From Octopus vulgaris (lineage: Eukaryota): a stretch of 124,000 bases of DNA. Positions 56,311-68,775 of the stretch are shown here, one piece after another. A program made the translations under genes and the position numbers. The notes beneath the pieces were generated by a model. That model saw only the letters and a program-made list of their open reading frames with translations. It was not told where the DNA came from and did not search any database. The stretch covers positions 102,196,001-102,320,000 of the forward strand of contig OX597821.1 of assembly GCA_951406725.2 (NCBI GenBank), given 5' to 3'. The stretch's first letter is position 1; each line of letters opens with the position of its first letter.

Positions 56311-57565
56311 TAAGTGAAGGAGTTATGAAAGAAAAAAGTTTGGAAAACAATGACCATATTGGTGAAATTACACTTGATATTGTTATTGTTTTGTTGATTC
56401 TGAGGAATAGCGAAGGCATTATGAACCTGGACAACCCACACCATCTTATACTCGCAGTCTGCATTGGACTTGGATATGCTATGGATGAGTGAATAGCTGG
56501 AGGCAGTGAAGGGGAAAAAGGGGGCTGGTAATATCCAGACAGATGAAAACTGGCACTCTGCCAGTTATGATGATGAAGGTTCCAGTTGATACGTGTACCC
56601 TTAACATAGTTTCCAGGGAGATTCAGTGTGACACAGAATGTAACAGGACTGGCCCTTTGAATTACAGGTACAACTCAATTTTGCCAGCTGAGCAGACTGG
56701 AGCAATGTGAAATAAATTGTGTTGTTCAAGGACATGATGCACCACAGGGTATTGAACTTACGACCTTAAAATCATGAACCAAACACCTCAAACCCCTAAG
56801 CCACATACCTTCACTGCTAAAACAGATACTGAGCAGAAGATATGGCTGTCCAACCTTGAAGCAAGTTTCACTAACTTCTGGCCAGTGTCATAAAGATGAT
56901 GCTGCAGATGAATCCCATACATGAATAAATGGCAGCATCAGGTTCATTAAGATGTCCTGACTGGAGATAGCATGGTTTGTGTCTCAGTGGAAAGAGAAAT
57001 TTCAGATGAGCAAAGCAGTTCTTCAACAGAAAAAAGTTTTAATGAGAATCAATCCAATGCAATCTGTCGGTCATCTTTGTCAGGTTTTCTTGTTTGGATT
57101 CCAGGTACTTTTAGACAGCGTTCAAATAAATCAGTAAGCTGAGAATATAGATATCATCCCTTGTTATCAGTTGCAGCTCAATCAAGACAGATCAAATACT
57201 GTTTACATCAGTAAAATGGCTTCTCTCATAAGTTGTATGTATCACTTCAGAGTAAATATGAGCAGGTTTTCTTGAATCCAAAAGGCAATGGAGCTGGAAT
57301 ACTGTTGTGGAGGTTATCTGTGACAGACTCATCTGGACTGCCCAGTGTTGTATCATTCAAGTACCACACATTGAACATTTCTCCATTCCAAATTTTGTCA
57401 TTCCTCATATCCATTACACAGACAACATTCATTTTAGCCATAAAACAGTTGACTGATAGACATAGGTAATATACCAGTGCCACATAAATAGCACCTGTAC
57501 TCCTTTGTGTATAAAGCACCCATTTTCCATGCTAACACGGGTTGGACAGTTTGGCAGGAGCTGGC

Positions 57566-57842
57566 TGTGGTGTATGTGAGAGATTCGAAATAAAGGCACC
57601 TACCTTCTCTTTGCTCAGATGGAGACCCTTCAGCGGTAATGGATCCTTCAACACAGCCCGACCCAAACGCTAGAAATAGCAGCTGCTTCACCCAACCTTA
57701 ACAACGTGCTGGCCCGTCTTACTTGCTCGGCGACCACGCTCGAAAGGGCAGAATCCTGCCCTACCTGCGTGCACGTCACTGTTACCCCTTCCAGTCAGCC
57801 CCAAGTTCCGGTCAGCTCCCCAGCTGCTGACGTCATCCCACA
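57566..57842. mobile_element. Solo LTR (277 bp) inserted in a SINE
   Basis: TGTGG...CCACA ends with a 5-bp TSD CTGGC on both sides; CpGs intact. Confidence 0.8.
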
Positions 57843-58109
57843 CTGGCAAAACCAGGAGACACACCAGGTTCCATTGTCTGTTTTGGTTTGGCTTCTACAG
57901 CTGGATGCCTCTCCTAAGGTGAACCACAGGAAAAATGGAAGAAGTTTTTGACGTTTCAAGCTTATGCTCTTCTACAGAAAGGAATGAGAAGAGAAAACAG
58001 ATGGAGAGAGAAAAAAAACATGTCTGGATTAACAGTTGAACATGTTGAGTTGACTCATCATCATCATCATTATTGGTCAATGTCTGCTTTCCATGCTAGC
58101 ATGGGTGGG

Positions 58110-59650
58110 ACGGTTTCACAAGAGCTGGCAAGGCAGAAGGCTGCACCAGACTTCATTTCTCTCCAATCTATGCATGTCTTCTGCATTCAGAGCCCATGTC
58201 TCACTACCATGGAGTATAGCCATATGCACAGGAGCATCATATAGTCTGCCTTTCATCTTGAGAGAGAGTCCTTTTATTGCCAACGGAGGTAATAGCTCTC
58301 TGAACTTCCTCCACCCAATTCTTATTTTAGAAACATTACTGTTAGAACATCCTTCACCATTGCTAATTTGGTCACCTAGGTAACAGAAACTATCTACAAC
58401 CTCAAAAGAGCCTCCTGGGCATTTGAGTGAATCCAAGTCACGTGTGCTGTTTGTGCTTATTGTTCCTGCTCATCTGTTACATACAAAGATGACTTTATCT
58501 GTTAATCTGCCTGTGATTCCACTGCACCTCTTATGTGTCCATAGTTTACACTGGGTGCAGCAAATGGAATTTATTCCAACTCCTTTCCTGCATATTGAGC
58601 AGAGTCATTTACCTGATAGAAGGAGAGTTTTATCATCTTTCTTACAACATCTTTGGTCTTCGCTAAGTTAAACTGAAGGCCCTTTGATTCCAGGTTTTGT
58701 TTCCATACCTAGAATTTCTTCTCAAATTCTGCTAAAGATTCTGCAATAAGAGCAAGGTCATCAGCGTATAGCAGTTCCCATGGGCACCCAGTTTTGATTT
58801 CCTCTGTTATGGCCTGGAGGACACTATAATAGAGTGGGCTGAAAACTGATCCCTAGTAAACCCCTACCTGTACGCTAAATTTATCACTGTATTCATGGCC
58901 GACTCTCACCTTACTGACAGCATCACTTGTACAGCTCTAACAAGCCACTTCTCTACTCTACTCCTAACTTCCTTAGAGACCACCATATAACTGAGCGGAG
59001 AACTCTGTCGAAAGCTTTCTCAAGCTTGACAAAGTCTAAGTACAATGGCTTACTTTTGGCCAAGTACTTTTCCTGCAGCTGTCTCACTAGGAAAATGGCA
59101 TCTGTGGCACTCTTCCCAGGTACAAAACCAAACTGCATCTCATCTAGCTTAATTTTTTTCTAATCAATTGAGCTATAACCCTCTCAGTAACTTTCATGAG
59201 TCAGTCTAGCAATTCAATACCTTTGTAGTTGTTTCTAGCTAAGGTATCACCTTTACCCTTGTAGCAGCAGACTATAATACTACTACACCAGTCATTGGGG
59301 ATGGTGCCTTCCTGAATAACCTGATTAACTATATGGGTGACTAAGCTGTAACCTACTCCACTGGAAATTTGAATCATCTCGGCAGTGATTCCTGTTGGCC
59401 CAGGGGCTTTCTCTGTTTTCATGTCCTTAATTGCCTTATCAATTATGCTGCTATTAACTCTGATGGCTGGTCCCTTGATTGATTTGATATTTGGTAGGCT
59501 CTCCTTCTCCAATTCATTTTCTACATTTAGTAACCTTTTATAGTGACACTTCCATGTATCTTTCTTCTTTGAGTCACTAAATGCAAGCATACAATTATCC
59601 ATTCATACACATTTCTCACCTACCACACCTCTATTTTCTCTGATACATAG
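58110..59650 (-). mobile_element. RTE-clade LINE remnant
   Basis: KAPGPTGITAEM, MQFGFVPGKSATDAIFLVRQLQEKY, FCYLGDQI, RIGWRKFRELLP. Confidence 0.92.
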
Positions 59651-62600
59651 TTTTGCAATCCTGAACACTTTATGCCTCTGATCCTCAGGCTGAAGAACAT
59701 TTGCAAATCTCTTACCTTCAGCTACTCATTTTGCCATGTATACCTGATACCTAGCTGCCCTTTTGGCTACCCACCACCACCACCACCACCACCACCACCA
59801 TCACCATTAATGTTATCCAAGGGAAAGGCAAAGGCTGATACAGCTTGGCACCGGTGATGTCACAACTCGTTTCTATAGATGAGTGAACTAGAGTAACATG
59901 AAATAAAGTGACTTGCTCAAGAACACAACACACAGCCTGGTCTGGGAGTTGAGCTCACTACCTCATAATTGCAAGCCTGATGCTATAACCACTGAGCCAT
60001 ACACACACACACACATGTTTGTATATTTGTATATATGTATCTATCTCTCTCTTTCTAGGTATGTATGTATGTATATACACACACACACACACATACACAC
60101 ATGTATATGTGTGTGTGTAGGTGGAGGCATTGCTATGAAGTTAAGAAGTTCACTCTTTAAACTATGTGTTTTGGGGTTCAATCAGTCCTACATAAAACTT
60201 TGGGCAAGTACCTTCTATAGCCCTGGTCCAACCAAAGCCTTGAGAGTAGAATTGGTGATTGGAAACTGAAAGAAGCCTGTTTGTTGTCTTCTTGTCTTGA
60301 TATTGCATGATAGTTGAAAATGAGCATCATCATCATGCAAGCAATATTGCTCATTTCAAATCTTCTATGAAAACATGTTTGTCCATTTGAAAATAGTATC
60401 TTATATGGAATCAAGTGAGGCTTGGTGCACAGGAAGGGCATGTAGCAGGAATCGTTAGCAACCAAACCCAGATCCCCATATCTGATGCCAAAAAGCAACA
60501 AATCAAGAATACGATCGTGTTCGTTAGAATGTTACCAATGTCATCAAAAAGTCAAGCTGTGCTTGAGAAAAAGACCTATCAAGCTGAGCAAAATTGCAGT
60601 CATGGCAAATACAGTGTCACACAAATGGCACCCGTGCTCGTGGCACGTAAAAGCACCCATTACACTCTCAGAGTGGTTGGCATTAGGAAAAGCATCCAGC
60701 CATAGAAAACTGTGACAAATCAGACTGGAGCCTGGCACAGCCTTCCAGCATGCCAGTCCAGTGAAACCATCCAACTCATGCCAGCATGGACAATGGACGT
60801 TAAATGATGATGATGATGATGATAATGATTCCAGACTTCATTTGGAACCAGATTTAACAACAATTTCATCTTTGGTACACTTTTTCTGAGCAAGATCACC
60901 ACTGTGCATTTTAGCCATTACTAACAGACAGCAAACATCAGGCCAGATGCAGAAGACAGTAGGCAGCTGACCAGAGAGCTGTCATAATAAAAACAATAGA
61001 TGGATGGCAACAGCAACACACAATGACCAACTAACATCTTGACAACTACTACTCTCATGCTTAGTCCCAAAACAACCAGCTCCTAACTATCTCAGTGTCT
61101 GTCATTTGTAGTAAGGACAACATTTTCGGTTTATAATAAAAATTGGTATTTTTTAAAATCAGAAATCTCAAACATATTTCAGTGTTCTTTATTGTACCAG
61201 ACACATGGTGATAGAATATCTGCCTCAACAAATTCCATCTGAATCATGCAAGCAGAGTAAAACAGGAGATAAAACGATGATGATATTCATGATGAAGATG
61301 ATGGCCAAGTTAAAAGACCATCATTACTGGTATTTGGTTAAATCCTTTTTGTTCTCTTGTTTCATTTGGCATGTGTAAAAAGATTCGAGCGAGGTCATTG
61401 CAAGTACCGCCTGACTGGACCCCATGCCGGTGGCACGTAAAAGCACCCACTACACTCTTGGAGTGGTTGGCGTTAGGAAGGGCATCCAGCTGTAGAAACT
61501 CTGCCAGATCAAGACTGGGGCCTGGTGCAGCCATCTGGTTCGCCAGCCCTCAGTCAAACTGTCCAACCCATGCTAGCATGGAAAGCAGACGTTAAACGAT
61601 GATGATGATAGAATATTTGACCATTCTACAACAGAGATGGGGAACTTTTATAGCTTAACATGTTAAAATTATAATTTCTTTGACAATCACATTATTGAAG
61701 TGACAGTTATCCTGCATCTTTTATTTGTTTCAGCCATTGGACTGTGGCCATGTTGGAGCATCACCTTGAAAAAGTCAAATAAATTGACCCCAGTAAATTT
61801 TTCTATAAGCCTGGTACTTATTCTATTGGTCTGTTTTGCCAAACTGTGAAGTTACAGGGGATATAAACAATCCTACACTGGTTATCAAGTGTGTGTGTGT
61901 GTGTGTGGTGGGGTGCAAACTCAAACACATACATACATACACACACATACATACACACCCACATACAGACACATAATGGGCTTCTACATAGTTTACATCT
62001 AGCAAATACCCTCACAAGGTATTGGTCGGCCTGGGGTTATAATAGAAGACACTTGCCCAAGGTTTGACACAGTGGCACTGAACCTGAAACCTCACAGTTG
62101 CCAAGTGTGAGCTTCTTCACCTTACAGTCATGTCTTTAACTTTAGGTAAATGCTTCTAAAGTCTTTTATAATATGATATTACTGGTAGATGTTATGAAAG
62201 CCGTTTTTGTTTCACTAAAATCCCTTTGGCGTATTACTGCCAACAAGCTTTGTTCACAAACACTGTCTTACAAAGCACAAAATCTTAAGTTTTGTTTAAA
62301 AAGCCGTCAGTATTTATAGTAACAATAGATTTAAAAGAAAAAATACTGCACCTCATAATATAATAAAAAGGTCTATATACAGCTTCATAGGAGCAGGCAT
62401 GGCTGTGTAATTAGGAAGCTTTGCAACCACATGGTTTTAGATTCAGTCTCAATGCACGTCACCTTGATCTACTATAGGCCTGGGTTAACCAAGGCCTTGT
62501 GAGTGAATTTGGTAGACATATTACTGTATGTATAAGCCTGTGTGTTTGTTCTCCACCACCAACTGACATCTGGTGTTGGCTTGTTTATGTCCCTATAACT

Positions 62601-62802
62601 TAGCGGTTCGGCAATAGGCATCAACAGAATAAGTGCCAGGCTTTAAAAATAAGTACTAAAAACAATTTGTTCAACTAAATCCTTAAGTTGGTGCCCCAGC
62701 TCGGTCGCATTCTAATGACTCAAAAAAGTAAAAGAAAGGTAACAAAATCAATGAGTTTAACACGAAGTAGGATGAATAATCAAAGAAAATTAATAATCCA
62801 AC

Positions 62803-62813
62803 GCAAAAAAAAT
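62803..62813 (-). terminator. Pol III oligo-T terminator of the tRNA-Ala gene
   Basis: T run on the minus strand a few bases 3' of the tRNA. Confidence 0.8.
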
Positions 62814-62815
62814 TC

Positions 62816-62887
62816 TGGAGATGCCGGGGATCGAACCCGGGGCCTTTCGCATGCAAAGCGAACGCTCTACCACTGAGCTACATCCCC
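62816..62887 (-). tRNA. tRNA-Ala (anticodon TGC)
   Basis: GGGGATGTAGCTCAGTGGTAGAGCGTTCGCTTTGCATGCGAAAGGCCCCGGGTTCGATCCCCGGCATCTCCA; full cloverleaf, G3:U70 identity pair, A and B boxes, T7 Pol III terminator just downstream. Confidence 0.97.
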
Positions 62888-62899
62888 CGATTGAAAATA

Positions 62900-64500
62900 G
62901 GTTTCTTATTTTACCTTATTATTCTTAATATTACTAATGCTTTTCAAAATTTCTGCTGTATAACATTAATATTTTTACTGATTACAACATCTATGATTGA
63001 TATTCGAAAATTTTGAATAAATGTTTCTCGCCACGTTCTTGATTTTTTTCTATTACACACCCACTATTTAAGGTAGTAGCTGATGAGAGAACTAGATTAT
63101 CGATAATCGATAAAAAGAAAAGAGCTAGTGCATCTATACATAATTTTAATACGTAGCCACATGTTTGTATAAAACGTAACGTCTTCGTATTTGTATGTTG
63201 TCAACCGAATATTATAAAATGGACTATTCCAAGCTTCGTCAGTTTTAATTCCTAATTCACGAAGCAAATGATCTTTTACTCGAGAAAAGTTTTTAAAATC
63301 AATTTTTTCCTCTTTTTTTTTTAGAAAAACAGAAGCAAAGGGAAACCTATCAAATTTACTACTGTAAATTATTTGGGAGTTTGCATGTGTCTAAATCAAC
63401 TACGAAAAATTAATTGCCAAAAATTATTTACGGAAGGCTGTTCGTGCCATAATTCAGTATGCAACACCTTGACAGTAATTAGGTAGAAATATAGGCCATA
63501 CCAGAGAACGATGTAAAAACACGGAAAGCAGGGGGAAATACATACAAAGGGCGTGAACACGCTTATCCTTTATTAGTTATCAACTAAAAATCATCACAAT
63601 TTCGATGCTTTATCGATAATATTGTTCAATTTGACGGCGTCAGCAGCAAAATGTTGCTGGGGGTTTAAATGAGCGACCATGAAAGACAGTAAGATAAGTG
63701 CAAAAAAAAAAAAAAAAAAGGCGAAGTCTCTAGATTGAACGATGAAAAGAACGAATTATGACGAAACCATATAAAACGAAAAGGCTAGAATTAACGAAAA
63801 AATATATAATAAACGTCACGCACATCCCTATACAGACATATCCATCTGTTTGTGATGCTCTTTATAGGATAACTACGCTAGATTTGTGTGTGTGCGCACC
63901 GTTCAGTTTGGCTCTAATTATTGAGTCTTAGGTTTTTGTTGGCGTGCTGCCTCTATTGAACATTTTGTTATGTGTTGCAACGTTGCGATCAAAATAAAAA
64001 TGTTATTTTGACGTTTATTTGCTGAGCTTTGCATACCATAAGCGACTCTGTTCACATCGAAACTAAATATGTTTACTAAACAAATAAAGATATCACTCCA
64101 TATAGACATTTATTAAAAAAACATTCTAGTTGGTAATATTTAGATAGTTACGCCCCCAAATTATATTTTGTATCAAGTAAAAATAGGAAGAAAACGGGGT
64201 AGTTAAAACTGGGAGCAACAGTAATGATAAATGTCAAAATCTGACTTGGTTTTCTTGAACTACCGAAAGGAAAAAGCAGTTGCTTCAAAATCGACAAATT
64301 ATGCACCCCTCTAATTTTTTATTTTTGATTCCCCGCCACCCATAATTTTACATACTTTGTGTGTGATACAATCATATTCTTCCTCTCGTATAAAGCCCGA
64401 TAATTAATGTCATCTCTTGAATGTAAAAGTCTGAATGAGGCATTCAGTTTTCGTTTCGTTTATGTAGAAAAGTCGAGTCAGATTTTCATGCTTCCCTATT
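62900..64500. promoter_or_regulatory. CpG-rich, SINE-free promoter-like region next to the tRNA gene
   Basis: Many intact CpGs compared with the CpG-depleted GEMIN4 body; candidate ATG plus GTAAG donor at about 63669-63695. Confidence 0.4.
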
Positions 64501-64599
64501 ACTGAAATCATCTACTTTCATTATACTGGTTTTCTTTTCAACTTTAAACTTTATTCACCAAGCTACTCACGTAATAATTGTAAAATCATATCTATTTGA

Positions 64600-66200
64600 T
64601 TACAAAGAACAAATTATGACTGACAACAAACAATAATTAATCACTTGAGGAAACTCTGCCTGAAAAATGTTATGCGCGCATTATTTTCCACACAACTCTT
64701 GGCGAGTTGTTTTCATTTCGATTCCCAGTTGTAAAAGTTTCACATCTTCAACATTGCTATTGCTACTGAGAATATCGTAAATCTTATACAAATTTATTTA
64801 TCCCACCCCGGTTCCTTATTTCTTCGTCAAAACAAGAACTAAATTTGGTAATTTGTGGGTTTATCCCATGCACTATACAGTTGCCATCCATTCAAGAGGT
64901 TCTTCCAAATGGATGTGTTCTACAGATCAAGGATTTTATTTGGTTCCTTGACATTTTCACAACTTTAATTGTTGATTTATCTTATCTAACGTTTTCCTAA
65001 AAAGGTATGCTAATTCGCCCCCCAGGGGCGAATTAGCATACGAATTTCATAACATGATATTCCGATATTCTCGGTTGTCATACTATGAGTTGGCTTTATC
65101 TGTCTTTTTGGTTCTTTCTTTTCTATTCCACAATTTACTCCTGTTTCGCCGGGAGATCCCATTCTCTATTATGGTCTTGAACTTACCCTTGAATCCTTTG
65201 TATACTCTGATCCCATCTGTTTGGCTGTACTCAGATAACTGGATACGATGGATATGAAGTGTTGTATGTGTCTTTCTAATTCCGTTGGGTCGCACATGCA
65301 TGATACGTTTCTCATCATCTTTAACAAGTCCGCTTTTAGGATACTGAACTTGATATTATCTGCAAGAGCTGCGTTCACGTAGACGTATTTAGAGGCCATG
65401 GGTTTGGTATAGTGGGAATGAAGGATCTGGACCTTGTTGCTCCTGGTTTCCAGCCAGAGTTGTGTGTCTAAAATCGATTGTCTGTTGTTAGGGTGTTTGC
65501 TAAGGAAATTTGTTGTTACTTAAATATTCAAGTGGATGGAGTTAGATACATGCTGGATGCCCTTCATAAAGTTAGCTTCTAGTTCATTGAAAAGCACCAC
65601 TGTCTTGCAGAGGTGCTTTTTCCACTATGTTGATACCATCCACAAAACGGGAGCACATGTTTAGGGTTATGGAGCTCTCTGCTAAGCATTCTTTGAGGTC
65701 TTCTGTCCCACAATAGTATGAAGAGGCTAGCCACATCGCCAGCAATACTGACACCGATGGCTGCACCCTCTTTTGGGGCTCATATCTTGTCATTAAACTT
65801 GAACATGTGGCCCTTTCATGTAACTTTGGTACTCACACCTACCGCATGTGCAACCATTTTTTTCGTGTGATTGTAGTTATCGTGGGTTCGTATGGCTCTG
65901 GTCCACCAGTTCCATCTTCTCCATGTCGCTCTCACTGATCATCTCAACAGCTAAATCAACATCAGTGGATGAATGTAGAGACACCACATCCATACTGCCT
66001 ATTATGCATCCTGTTGCGTCGCAGGTGGGGTTCCATTTGTTGATTCTGTGGCGTTCTTGATGGTCTTGCCACTGGATCAGTGGTCGCTTTTTTATCCTTG
66101 CGGAGTCTATACAGCGCTGGGACATCGTTATTTGCAACTTGAAAGTTGTTGGTCGTGCGTTTCTTTAGTCCTATGAGGTTTGATCACATCATGATGTGAG
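64600..66200 (-). mobile_element. Degenerate Penelope-like element (RT plus GIY-YIG remnant)
   Basis: IGSMDVVSLHSST ~ PLE SxDVxSLYT; CSRFVDGINIV ~ RYVDD; linker PLGGELAYL ~ TPGGELAK; many stops and frameshifts. Confidence 0.75.
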
Positions 66201-66324
66201 CATGGAGAATCTTTTCCCTCTCTACATGTGCTTGTATTGTTATTTCTCTCAAGTTGGTGTTGTGAGGTTGCACTGCCTGAATGTTGTTTGGCAGGCTGGC
66301 TATCGACATTTTCTTCTTCTCTCC

Positions 66325-66472
66325 CAGTGGTTCCCAACCTGTGGTCCACAAAAGTAGTACAGGGTGTCTGTGAACATGTTAAGCTGATAAGACTATTCAA
66401 TATCCTGGGGTTCGTGGGAAAACTCATTTAAATAAAAGGGGTCATTGGTAGTGAAAAGGTTGGGAACCACAG
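66325..66472. mobile_element. hAT-type MITE
   Basis: CAGTGGTTCCCAACCT ... AGGTTGGGAACCACAG terminal inverted repeats. Confidence 0.75.
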
Positions 66473-66958
66473 CTCTAGCTCATCATTTCTCTCACTACTA
66501 TCTCTCTGGTTCTCTCTATTATTGTTCCTGTTGTTGTTAGTGTTGGTTTGCATATTTTCATAGTTGTCTTTGTTGTTGTTGTTCTTGTTGCTATCCTCAC
66601 TGCTATCACTATTCTTAAAACCATTGTTATCATTAGCGAGCCGGTAGAATTGTTAGTACGCCAGGCAGAATGCTAAGCAGCATTTCGTCAGTCCTTACAT
66701 TCTGAGTTCAAATTCCACCGAGGTCGACTTTGCCCTTCATCCCTTCGGATGAGCGCTAGGGTCGATGTAATCGACTCGTTTCCGTCCCACAAAATTGCTG
66801 CTCTTGTGACAAAATTTGAAGCCATTATTATCATTAATAATATTAGTTTGGTTGCACCCATGGAAAACTTAAAATTTAGTATGTTGAAGTAATTGTTCGA
66901 AATGGTTATATAATGGGACATTATTTTGTCTTTCTGTGTTCGTGTGTTCGTTGTACTC

Positions 66959-67960
66959 TGTAGTGTGATGGAGGAAAAAGAAGCAAATGGGAGAAGGGAA
67001 TACAGAGACCTTACCTGTTGACCTAGGCAGGATGAGCAATCACTCTCAAGAAGTAAACACGTCCTCGCACGCTACCGTCTCTCATCGAACTCCCCGCACG
67101 TGCTTCCGGCCCACGCATGCCCCATGGCTGTTCAGCCGGCCCCTGCAGTCTTCACTTCCGTCTACATCATCTGCAATCCACTTCACCAACACCACATAGC
67201 TCATCACAGCCCATAACACCACACGTCCCCCCCCCCGATCTACACATCATTCAACCAGCTTTCCCACTCACTCCTCGCTCCTGAACTCACACCTTAACTG
67301 GTTTCATGATCAGCCGACCAGGGAGAAGGGTGCCACTCCCTCTGTGGTCGCCGTGCGACCCTGGGACTGGCCTGAGTTCCTGGCATGCTGCTGCTGTCTT
67401 CCTCTTCTTGCCTACTGTTTCTGTCTTCATCTTCTTGCCCATTGTTGCTGGTTCCATCCTCTGAGGCATGAACAATCTTCCATACATCCAAAACGTGGCG
67501 TGGCATACCATCGACAGAGATGTTCTTCAAATTGATGGAGGTTATTGTTCCCTTTCCTCATCGTGATGTACACCATGCATTTGGGGGTTTTACCCAAACT
67601 TCTTCTCCGACCTGCACGAAGGTGTGCTCTTCCTCTGCCCCGGATCATATGGATACCAACACTTGTACCTGAATATTGCTCTGTGTGGCACCGACTCCTC
67701 AGCCTGTCCTGAGCAGGGCGACATATTGTACCAAAATACAGCCTCAATTGGTGAAATATGGCCCCTCTCTGCCATGATCCTGAAGGTACGATGATGCCTT
67801 TCCACCACCCCATTTCCACTTGGCCGGTATGCTGTCCTGAAGAAGCAGTTGACCTGCCACCCATCAAGCATTTCTTTCAGCTCCTCCGAGCAAAATGCAG
67901 TGCCATTATCCAGAAGCAGTTCATCCACGGGGCCTCATTCCTGGAATATCTCATTTAATA
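66959..67960 (-). mobile_element. Gypsy LTR retrotransposon 3' remnant: integrase, PPT and 3' LTR (66959-67223)
   Basis: DNGTAF...YRPSGNGVVERHHRT integrase core; G-run PPT directly before TGTGGTG; LTR ends CTACA. Confidence 0.85.
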
Positions 67961-67984
67961 CTTTCACGATTTCCTCTGAGGGGC

Positions 67985-68290
67985 AGCACTTCCATAACAC
68001 TACATTACCAGTTGCAGATTCACCAGAGAGGCAGTCCTTCCATAACACTACAGCAATGGTCACAGATTTCGTCACAGGGGCAGCAGTACCATAAAAGTAC
68101 AGCAACGGTCGCAGATTTTGCCACAGGGCTGGCAGTTCTATAACACTACTAGTGACAGGCTCACATTTTGCCACTGGAGCCGCCACTTCATAGCAATACG
68201 GGTAACCATATCAAATTTTGCCACAGGAACAGCATCTTCAGAACAGTACTAGTAATAGTTTCAAATTTCCCCACAAGGGCAGCAATTTTC
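67985..68290. repeat. About 50-bp minisatellite, roughly 6 diverged units
   Basis: Repeated CCATAACACTAC(A/T)G...CAGATTT..CCACAGGG.CAGCA. Confidence 0.75.
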
Positions 68291-68329
68291 AAAATTGGAA
68301 ATAACACTGACATCTCATTTTAACAGATT

Positions 68330-68775
68330 TATTTACCAAAATTACATAAAAATATCTTCAAATACTAAAGTGTAAATTTATTCAATAAAATCACCTTTGG
68401 GCTTGAACCACGGCCTCCAGATGACTTCAGAATCTCCTGCAACTCTTCTGGACAGTCTCCTTAGTTAAGTTGGTCAATGGTGCCATAATCATTGCCTTCA
68501 GTTCATCTTTGGTACAAAAGGATGTTTGTTGGTCTCTCATTCAACTGCGCCCCACACATAATAATCAAGGTGGTTGCAGTCTGGGGAGTTAGGTGGCCAG
68601 ATGTTAGGGGTGATGTGGTTGCAGAAATTATCTAACAGACATGACTGGGTTCTCCTGCTTGTGTGGTGTGGTGCAGAATCCTGTTCTTAGACATAGGGTC
68701 TTCCAGCAGCCACCCTCTTGATCTAGGGCAGCACTACCTCCTTCAGGTATTTGATGTAGGCCTCCATATTGAATG
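68330..68775 (-). mobile_element. DD37D (maT-type) Tc1/mariner transposase remnant
   Basis: QDSAPHH...WPPNSPDCNHLDYYVWG; 37 residues counted between the second and third catalytic Asp. Confidence 0.85.

Larger units (their letters stand above)
54575..57480 (-). mobile_element. Fragmented CRE-clade (RLE) non-LTR retrotransposon, interrupted by younger repeats
   Basis: RT fragment FNVWYLNDTTLGSPDESV (57247-57519); thumb remnant LLKNCFAHLKFLF (~57000); RLE C-terminus SKRLSLAIARGNAASVLA* (54582-54797); all on the minus strand and in the right order. Confidence 0.65.
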
